Assembly (NCBI GenBank): GCA_018985225.1
Contig: JADGIF010000367.1
Coordinates: 1-9,975 of the forward strand
DNA: 9,975 bases
Direction: 5' to 3'
Origin: Amoeboradix gromovi X-113
Taxonomy: Eukaryota > Fungi > Sanchytriomycota
Position numbers and translations under genes: made by a program. The notes beneath the pieces were generated by a model that had not been told where the DNA came from, did no database searches, and saw nothing but the letters and a program-made list of their open reading frames with translations. Below, one piece after another: positions 1-6,421 of the stretch; position 1 is the first letter of the stretch; each line of letters starts with the position of its first letter.

Positions 1-144
1 AACACTGCATCTAATATATGGAAGATATCTATGAATGCAATTCAAGGAGAAGAGCGTCAAAAATATCTTCAAAGAGCCAAAGGCTTAATCAGTGGTGCTA
101 CATCGGTATCCACAAATCATGATTTACTCAATAGGACATTTTGA
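1..144 (+). mobile_element. 3' end of a Fanzor (eukaryotic TnpB-like RuvC nuclease) ORF, Fanzor1-type C-terminus; truncated by the window edge, possibly degenerate
   Basis: Frame +1 is open from base 1 to TGA at 142-144: NTASNIWKISMNAIQGEERQKYLQRAKGLISGATSVSTNHDLLNRTF*. This fits the Fanzor tail pattern (RD)xNAAxNIxxIxxxxxxGxxRPxYLxR that follows the RuvC-III Asp. NTAS for NAAS and RQ for RP may reflect decay. The catalytic residue itself would lie just left of the window. Confidence 0.65.
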
Positions 145-161
145 ATGCCGGACGGAGTAAA
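123..161 (+). ncRNA. Nested stem-loop overlapping the Fanzor stop codon; candidate 3' part of an omegaRNA scaffold / transposon right end
   Basis: TTTACTC (123-129) pairs perfectly with GAGTAAA (155-161) and encloses GG-A-CATT/TTG loop/AATG-CC (134-149). TnpB/Fanzor guide scaffolds are encoded at this position, at the ORF 3' end/right end. Confidence 0.35.
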
Positions 162-625
162 ACAAAGAATGCATTTACTTAATTTCATATTAAAAGTAGA
201 CCAACCGGTGATAAAGGATTTATCCGATACAAGTTCGCGGGGAAACAAGACGAAATATTTATATCGCTATTTTTAGTATGCCTCCTCAATTTTTCATCAT
301 TTCTATATAAGAATGACTTAAAATTTGGTCCATTTATTTTTTACCTTTTGCGAATGATTGCAACAATGAATGCGTACCATTTCATACAATAATAAATACA
401 TATATTAGTAGTGTGTTATCAAGCGATAAATAATACTAAATGAATTTATATTTTAGTACGAAATATCTTTAAGTAATTAGTTTTTATGTTAGACGTCTTG
501 CCTGCTAAGAAATCCAAATGTGCCAGTTCATAATTACACAGTTTTTGCTGCAGTTATGTTGTACCTTAGACTTGTTGCACTTAATCCAGCTCAACCGGAA
601 ATATTGATATCTCCAAGGATATTGA

Positions 626-1324
626 ATGAAACGCTCCATTGGCCAAGAGGAAGGTGATCGGAAGCGTTTAATCTTGGAAGGTAAAACGAGACACAATCAG
701 AAAAATAACCTCACTTATATGCTCCAATACTCTTCCGATTTAGTAAATATTAATCAAATAAAGCCTGAAATGTTGTTTACAACCTGTCCCATAGCTGGCC
801 GCATCTTGATAGTAACCGAGGCTAAATCCACATTAATACGACGAAGAAACGGTAAGTGTATAAAAACTAAAACTTGGTTGCCATCTAGCGGATCAAACAA
901 TGCATTTGTTAGTATTTTGGACGGGTTTCTTAACGGCAATAACATTTATATCATGGACTGCATCCAATGGAAAGGTCATTTTATAACAAACATGCCGTTT
1001 TTTACAAGGCTACAATACTTCAACTCCCAGATGTTAGAAGCAAGTAGTATGAGCAATAAAAGGGACAAATATGTCTGGCATTTGTTACCTTTATACGAGC
1101 TGAGTTCCTTAAAATTGTATCTGACAAACTGTTTGACTCCAGCCACAGTAAATAACATCAAGACTAGCCTGATTAGTACAGCATATTTACCCAAAGATGA
1201 AATTGATGGTATCTTATTCATAAGCAGGTCCAGTACTTACAAGTTCAGCGAAAATGGGCTAAATTTGGATCTAAAGTGGTGTCCAAAAGAAAGGATAGAA
1301 TGGCTAGGCTCTTTAATAAACTAG
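626..1324 (+). CDS. SNUPN: Snurportin-1-like m3G-cap binding snRNP import adaptor (232 aa, divergent)
   Basis: Motif order matches snurportin-1: CPIAGRILIV (cf. CPVGKRALIV), WLPSS (LLPGG), SILDGF (TILDCI), IYIMDCIQWKGH (YYVLDVMCWRGH), TRLQYFNSQM (FRFYWMHSKL), DGILFISRSSTY (DGLLFYHKQTHY). The N-terminal QEEGDRKRLILE resembles a shortened IBB segment. Confidence 0.75.
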   Translation: MKRSIGQEEGDRKRLILEGKTRHNQKNNLTYMLQYSSDLVNINQIKPEMLFTTCPIAGRILIVTEAKSTLIRRRNGKCIKTKTWLPSSGSNNAFVSILDGFLNGNNIYIMDCIQWKGHFITNMPFFTRLQYFNSQMLEASSMSNKRDKYVWHLLPLYELSSLKLYLTNCLTPATVNNIKTSLISTAYLPKDEIDGILFISRSSTYKFSENGLNLDLKWCPKERIEWLGSLIN

Positions 1325-1661
1325 TTGGAATGCTTAACATATTGGGTGTAAATAAAATTCGTCTAAGTTTTCAAATATTCAAAATTGGTATGCAGTCAAA
1401 TTATTTATTTATCAGCTTTCGTTTCATTACTGATTTTCCTCATTTGCATTGTTCATGAAGTCCTCCACAGCCCATGTATTGAGTGCGGAATGAATGCTGT
1501 ATTAGCACTTCCATTCGGTGGATTTCTAAATCCATGCGAAATTGACCCAATACATCTCCAAGCACTCTAAGTGGATCGCCTGCAACATCAAAAGGCCTTG
1601 GTCGATCAAATTTGCGGATTCTGCTCTAAACAAACTCAAATCTACACCATCTCCTCGTTAA

Positions 1662-1704
1662 AAGTCCAGATTTCCGAGAAAATCGAGCATTTCCACAGAG
1701 AAAC
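1662..1704 (+). repeat. Dispersed direct repeat copy X1 (partner at 2210-2252)
   Basis: 36/43 nt identical to 2210-2252. Translates KVQISEKIEHFHRET versus EVLILEKIKNFHRET. Confidence 0.8.
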
Positions 1705-1716
1705 TAGCAGTGCTAG

Positions 1717-1780
1717 ATGCTCCGTTACAGTGATTGCTCACGCTTTCACTACCCTGAGGCGGGGTAGAATAAGGATGCAT
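1717..1780 (-). ncRNA. Candidate TnpB/Fanzor omegaRNA (reRNA) scaffold remnant, multi-stem structure
   Basis: Minus strand reads AUGCAUCCUUAU-UCUACCC-CGCCUCA-GGGUAGUGA-AA-GC-GUGA-GC-AA-UCACU-GUAACGGAGCAU. It has a CUACCC/GGGUAG hairpin, an AGUGA/UCACU hairpin capped by a GNRA (GUGA) tetraloop, and a closing bulged stem. It starts 15 nt downstream of the DRD motif of the TnpB-like fragment. Confidence 0.45.
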
Positions 1781-1795
1781 ATACTTGAGGTATAC

Positions 1796-1888
1796 GTCTC
1801 TATCTATCTTCAAATGGCACTTTGTGCAGGTTCAGGTTTCCAAATTAGTTTTCTTTAAAGTACCACACCTTGTACATGGCATCGAATT
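1796..1888 (-). pseudogene. TnpB/Fanzor2-type zinc ribbon + RuvC-III fragment, copy A
   Basis: Minus-strand translation NSMPCTRCGTLKKTNLET*TCTKCHLKIDRD gives CxxCG...CxxC-x4-DRD, the OrfB_Zn_ribbon/TnpB C-terminal signature. It has one in-frame TGA. Confidence 0.7.
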
Positions 1889-1889
1889 T

Positions 1890-2000
1890 GTTCCTTGGTG
1901 CCATGTGGTCCATGTCCACTTCCAAACGACACTATGTACATGAATAGCTCTCCAAATTGGTTTTCTTTAGAGTGCCCCATGTTGTACAAGGCATCAAATT
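1890..2000 (-). pseudogene. TnpB/Fanzor2-type zinc ribbon + RuvC-III fragment, copy B
   Basis: Translation NLMPCTTWGTLKKTNLESYSCT*CRLEVDMDHMAPRN is a decayed CxxC..CxxC..DRDxxAARN. It is a tandem homolog of copy A with a 112-nt offset; 1951-2001 versus 1839-1889 is 43/51 identical. Confidence 0.7.
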
Positions 2001-2072
2001 TCCATGCTTGGACCAGCTTATCAGTCTGAGACGAATGTATTCTGTGCCTGTTAATTATTTATTTAGAATTGA

Positions 2073-2370
2073 TTTACCATTTGCGAAAAGGAGGAATATC
2101 GAGTATTTGAGCTATTAGAAAAATCTGGAAAAGTCTTGAAATTATACAAAAATGCATACAAATTCGCGATAAATGATTTATTCAAGAAAACAATCAAGCT
2201 GCCTCTCTGAAGTCCTGATTTTGGAGAAAATAAAAAATTTCCACAGAGAAACCGACAAGGGCTATGCAATTGACGATAAGAGAGTAGGACGAGTTTTTAA
2301 ACAATTATACAGCTATAGAGGGATGAAAAAGAGATTTAGAGTTGTCTTATCGCTACAGATGATTTGTTGA
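2073..2370 (+). pseudogene. Frameshifted coding remnant, possibly a retroelement integrase H2C2 zinc-binding region; contains repeat copy X2 (2210-2252)
   Basis: One frame reads EEYRVFELLEKSGKVLKLYKNAYKFAINDLFKKTIKLPL*. A shifted frame continues ILEKIKNFHRETDKGYAIDDKRVGRVFKQLYSYRGMKKRFRVVLSLQMIC*, which loosely follows H-x-GH...Y-x-(W/Y)-x-GM...CxxC with the second His and first Cys lost. Confidence 0.3.
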
Positions 2371-2576
2371 ATTAAGATCCATTACTTGGCATACTGCTCG
2401 TGTAGTAAATGATATAAAATAATTTTTTTTGTATGTAAAGATACCAATTGTTGCATATGCATCAGTCATTCCATTCTTAAACCATGAATAAGTGATTTCT
2501 TGAAAAATTGGTATAATCAGGATCTCGAGATTGAATCTAATTCAATAGATGAGAAAAGAAAGAATGTCAAGGCTTT

Positions 2577-3761
2577 ATGCCATCAGAGATATCTGTAAAA
2601 AGAATAATTGGTACGATGAATACACATAATCCCGATAAATGCTTTACTCAAGTGAGGTCATTGATTGTAAGTGACAAATTTGCTCCGTGTTGGGCTTGCA
2701 ATATGAAGTTCCAATTATCTAATTCAAACAGAGATGCTTTTACATCGTTGTGCCTTTTAGTCGGATACAATAGTATTACAGATATAAACTACTTTACAAG
2801 CATAATGCTGCGTCTATGCAACGTAAAGTTAACCAAGAAAAGTTTGAACATGGATCTTGCCACCTACTTTAGAATCAAGGAAAGAAACGGGATAGAAATT
2901 TCTTCTAAGACTTTTATGAGTGTCGAGTACAAGATTTTTGGTAATTCGCCATACATACTTACCCAAAGAAAATATGAGAGTATAGAGGATAGAATTAGAC
3001 TTCTGTTACCACCAACGATTAGAATTAAGAGTAAGGTGTTTGAAGATCTATACGAAGCTTTGTATAATGATGCTATTCCAGAAAATTACATGGAGTTTAT
3101 GGTTGTACTCTCTGGCAAATCGAAACTGATTGGATATTTTGAGCCTTACAAACGTCCAGAATATAAGTACCATAATCTGGATGATTACTTTAGAGATGTG
3201 TCTACAGAATGTTCTAATTTTGTCACCATTGAAGATATGAGAGAATTTACCTTGAAGTTATACAATCATTTCAGAAAATCTAATTGTTTAAGCTACTCAA
3301 TAACACACTATGATCCATTTGATTCTGACCAATATGATGAAAATACTGCCGAGTCTGCCGTACTTGATGATCCTATATATATTGAACAAGGTTACAGGGA
3401 CACACATGGTAATGAAGGAAGTTACGAAATGGTAACTGAGCATGGCTATTTAGCTACTGTTAAAAACAACGCTGAAGCTTTTGATCAAAAAACACAAGTT
3501 GTCGAGAGTTCCATATATGATCAGAGTACATGTGAACCAGGAAATGGCAAAAAAACCAAAGACTTTACTTTCTCAGAGAATGACAGAACAATGAAGCGAC
3601 TGTATATACTAAGAATGGAGAAAGAAAGCATTTGCAAAGTAGCCTTTCAGCTATCAACTCATCGGAAGATTATAGCAGAGATTTTTGAGATACACAAGAG
3701 CAATTATGAGGAGTTTAATGACCTGTGCGATGAAATAAGTGGAACTGGAATTCTCTGGTAA
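2577..3761 (+). CDS. Hypothetical protein (394 aa)
   Basis: Long uninterrupted ATG-TAA ORF in AT-rich DNA, followed by an AATAAA-like tract. No family recognised; one CWAC motif and an acidic central-C-terminal region. Confidence 0.8.
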   Translation: MPSEISVKRIIGTMNTHNPDKCFTQVRSLIVSDKFAPCWACNMKFQLSNSNRDAFTSLCLLVGYNSITDINYFTSIMLRLCNVKLTKKSLNMDLATYFRIKERNGIEISSKTFMSVEYKIFGNSPYILTQRKYESIEDRIRLLLPPTIRIKSKVFEDLYEALYNDAIPENYMEFMVVLSGKSKLIGYFEPYKRPEYKYHNLDDYFRDVSTECSNFVTIEDMREFTLKLYNHFRKSNCLSYSITHYDPFDSDQYDENTAESAVLDDPIYIEQGYRDTHGNEGSYEMVTEHGYLATVKNNAEAFDQKTQVVESSIYDQSTCEPGNGKKTKDFTFSENDRTMKRLYILRMEKESICKVAFQLSTHRKIIAEIFEIHKSNYEEFNDLCDEISGTGILW

Positions 3762-3802
3762 ATAAATAATCTTTTAATATTTCGATCTGAAACACTATAT
3801 TT

Positions 3803-4060
3803 ATGACCAGTGATGACGAAATGAAGAACTTCATAAACTACAAGTTTAATGAACTACAAGTTCAGCTATACGCTAATGCACAATATCAGAAAGTGATGTC
3901 GGAACTTGAGAAGGATGTTGTGTTATTTATTGATAAGTATCAGCAAATCAAGAGAGAAAAACAAATTTTGGAGAGTGAAAATAGGCAGCTGAAGTACGAT
4001 GTTCAGCAATTAAAAATGATAATAGACACTAAAATTACAAAATTAACAAATCAAAAATAA
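3803..4060 (+). CDS. Small coiled-coil hypothetical protein (85 aa)
   Basis: ATG ORF fills the gap between neighbours. Heptad pattern IKREKQILESENRQLKYDVQQLKMII. Its 3' end overlaps the IPK gene by 10 nt. Confidence 0.7.
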   Translation: MTSDDEMKNFINYKFNELQVQLYANAQYQKVMSELEKDVVLFIDKYQQIKREKQILESENRQLKYDVQQLKMIIDTKITKLTNQK

Positions 4061-4758
4061 AGCCGTTTATTTTTTAGAATACTTAACAGAGTGTCCAGAG
4101 AGTTAATAACGTCTGTGTGGTAGCCTTGCTCCGGAGATAATGTAGTATGAGCGAAATCAATTAATTTGAAAGTAAACTTTGACGGATTATCGGCCTCGTA
4201 GACTATCAAAATAGATGAGCTAATAAACTTTCCTTCAATTGACTTTAAAATCTCCTTTAATTTTGCAGTATGTTCGAGTACACTGCAGTGAACAGGACTC
4301 ACAAAATTTAGCAATTCTTCTACAAATTGTTCTTTTGACAACTGTCGACCAAATTCCTTATCGCAAGATTGACCATTGTGATACTTCATTCCTGCGATTC
4401 TCAACCCCAAAGACCCAGAAGTGGTTTTTAGTGCTTTTGATATCATTCTATTTTTCTTCTCCTCTGCAGCATCACAGTCATACAGTTGAGATCCCAACTT
4501 CAAATCCAGTAGATTGGGATTTTTAAAGGGCTCAATAAGATTTTCTAGTACTACGTAATAATCATTTTTTCCTGTATCTTGAAATTGCATCATAGAATGA
4601 AATATTGGGGTGTAGTCTTTTAACTTTTGCAATAACTCATTCGATTGTAATTCTTGATAAAATCTAGCCTCTTTTTCGTTCGTAAGCTTTCTAATCTTGT
4701 ATTGTCCTATCAATTCAAACGTGTCTAAGTGTCCACCTACTTGTTGAAATGTATCCAT
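4051..4758 (-). CDS. Inositol polyphosphate kinase (IPK family: IPMK/Arg82/Kcs1-like), 235 aa
   Basis: QVGGH, LENL, PNLLDLKLG (PxxxDxKxG), TTSGSLGLRIAGMK, SSILIVYE and LIDFAH motifs. The track start at 4770 is TTG; the first ATG is at 4758. Confidence 0.95.
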   Translation of the reverse strand: MDTFQQVGGHLDTFELIGQYKIRKLTNEKEARFYQELQSNELLQKLKDYTPIFHSMMQFQDTGKNDYYVVLENLIEPFKNPNLLDLKLGSQLYDCDAAEEKKNRMISKALKTTSGSLGLRIAGMKYHNGQSCDKEFGRQLSKEQFVEELLNFVSPVHCSVLEHTAKLKEILKSIEGKFISSSILIVYEADNPSKFTFKLIDFAHTTLSPEQGYHTDVINSLDTLLSILKNKRLYF

Positions 4759-5078
4759 ATTTGGTTTCAAGGATAGGCCACAAATGAGAAAACTAATAGG
4801 TTTTAGACAATTATGATGTATCTTATCGCCTAAGAACCGGCTAATAATTTACTATCAGTTTTACTCTGCAAACTTAGTCGTTTTCTATTTGCTAACAGAA
4901 TTCTATGACGAGAAAGATTGATGCACCAACACCTTAACATCCACCACAACCACGTCCCAGTATGTAAATTGAAGCAACCCCACAATACATGTGAAGTTAC
5001 CCAAACTTTCTAAGCCAAACTGGGCTGCTAGCATTGTGGCTTCGGAAGATGTTTTCTTAGATAAATTAATATAATTTA

Positions 5079-5918
5079 TTAATCTGCAAGCCTTGGCATC
5101 CAGTGAGGGTTTACTGACTTCCATTCTTTAAGCATCTTAGAAGATATCCAGGGTGATAATAATTTCACAAGCTCTTGTCTTTCTAATTTGCACTTTTTAT
5201 AAAAGTCGTTATATTCTGCAAAGGATGTATCCTGCGGAACATCCAGCAAAAATGTCATTTTTTGGAATTCTCTTTGTATGTGCCATGAATTAAAAACGTC
5301 TTCTTTTGCCTTCATTGTCAGTTTGTCAAATAACTGCTCATATGTGTAATCTGTAAAATAAATTTTATAAAAAAGTATCGAAGCTATAGAGGTTGCTATG
5401 CCTAACAAACATGTAACAGGCTCGACAACGTCCCAAGTTAAACCTTTTTCGCCGTAAGTAAGATATAACAATGTCGATAACTGAGCTCCTAGATAGCCAA
5501 ATCCACCGATTCGCCATCTATTTAAAATCTTACGCTGGTTATGCTTTATTATATTATTAAAGTTTTCCATTATAACTAGTTTTCGATTACAACTAAAAAG
5601 TTTTGAGTTCTTTTCTTTCAATAAGTTGTCTATTTCTGCGCAATCTAAATTGAAATGGTATTTTCTATTGCAACTATCTAGCACAATGTTATTACCTTTC
5701 TTTATCCACTCAGGTAGTAGCATATTCTTCTCTGGTTGAATATGGCTCTCTAGTTTTCCTAACATTTGTAACTCGGATATCAATTCTAAAGGATGACTAT
5801 TAGAGCTAAATATGAACTTTGTAGGCTTTGGGGACGGTATTTCCAAGAATATTTTCTTCAGGTCCAAGCTTTTGATCGCTATTCTAATCATGAGCGTTAC
5901 ACGGGGTCTGATGAACAT
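5079..5918 (-). CDS. MCU: Mitochondrial calcium uniporter pore subunit
   Basis: TM1 GGFGYLGAQLSTLLYLTY, filter WDVVEPVT (WDxxEP), TM2, then DYTYEQL and a C-terminal coiled coil. The track start at 5969 is TTG. ATG candidates are 5918 and 5891; the Arg-rich, acid-free N-terminus looks like a presequence. Confidence 0.9.
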   Translation of the reverse strand: MFIRPRVTLMIRIAIKSLDLKKIFLEIPSPKPTKFIFSSNSHPLELISELQMLGKLESHIQPEKNMLLPEWIKKGNNIVLDSCNRKYHFNLDCAEIDNLLKEKNSKLFSCNRKLVIMENFNNIIKHNQRKILNRWRIGGFGYLGAQLSTLLYLTYGEKGLTWDVVEPVTCLLGIATSIASILFYKIYFTDYTYEQLFDKLTMKAKEDVFNSWHIQREFQKMTFLLDVPQDTSFAEYNDFYKKCKLERQELVKLLSPWISSKMLKEWKSVNPHWMPRLAD

Positions 5919-6420
5919 TTCGGCAGTCGAATTAGATGCTACAACACTATCCTTTGGAGATGAATTCAATGGAGCATGTCCATTGATGCTAGGTGAAGTA
6001 TACCAGCTTTTGCATACTCAAAAATTGGAAAGGGTATCAATGCTCCAATCTGGACATTCTACTACACCTGGTTATAGTACACCTGGTTCTAATATCACAG
6101 GACCTACGAATGCTATGACGTTAAACTCTTACAACGACATGAGTGATGAAGATTTGACAAGAACTTTACCTAAAACATTTTTATCTGCTTACGAGCATGT
6201 CAAGCAGTTTTCTAAAATTAACGAAATTAATGCTTTGAATGACGTCAAAGAACAGGGCAAAATATACAATTTGCATAGATTCGAGATCTGCCAGTTAGGA
6301 AACCTAATTGTAGAAGGCTCCGATGAAGCAAAATCCTTGATTCCAAGTATAAAAGTTGAAGATTCTATTTTAAGAAGACTCTTGGATGAAATTAAGACCA
6401 TGAAAAACTTTATTCAATAA
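5890..6420 (+). CDS. RPB4: RNA polymerase II subunit RPB4
   Basis: ELDATTLSFGDEFNGACPLMLGEVYQLL and LHRFEICQLGNLIVEGSDEAKSLIPSI...LRRLLDEI match RPB4 conserved blocks. The start is probably ATG 5890 or 5911 rather than 5812. Confidence 0.93.
   Translation: MSVTRGLMNISAVELDATTLSFGDEFNGACPLMLGEVYQLLHTQKLERVSMLQSGHSTTPGYSTPGSNITGPTNAMTLNSYNDMSDEDLTRTLPKTFLSAYEHVKQFSKINEINALNDVKEQGKIYNLHRFEICQLGNLIVEGSDEAKSLIPSIKVEDSILRRLLDEIKTMKNFIQ
6063..6088 (+). repeat. Short in-frame tandem duplication (TACACCTGGTT x2, 15-nt period) encoding TTPGY-STPGS in RPB4
   Basis: Identical 11-mers at 6063-6073 and 6078-6088. Confidence 0.7.
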
Positions 6421-6421
6421 A

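Noticed and set aside
142-628. Genome-wide TGA=Trp recoding, suggested by TGA-ATG junctions at 142-147 and 623-628
   Set aside because: Conserved genes are open under the standard code with Trp as TGG, and TGA terminates the IPK and NIF genes at sensible positions.
1694-1712. CACAGAGAAACTAGCAG resembles the U6 snRNA ACAGAGA...AGC core
   Set aside because: The flanking U6 sequence, ISL and U-tail are absent, and the same ACAGAGAAAC occurs in repeat X2 as coding-like sequence (HRET).
1276-1858. Plus-strand ORFs 1276-1458, 1385-1570 and 1571-1858 as real genes
   Set aside because: Non-ATG starts in a eukaryote, no recognisable domains, and overlap with decayed element fragments.
1796-2252. CRISPR array interpretation of the repeats
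   Set aside because: Only two copies of each repeat, codon-patterned divergence, no regular spacers, eukaryotic context and no cas genes.
2400-2408. GTGTAGTA, the U2 snRNA branch-site recognition sequence
   Set aside because: The flanking U2 stem I and stem IIa sequences are absent.
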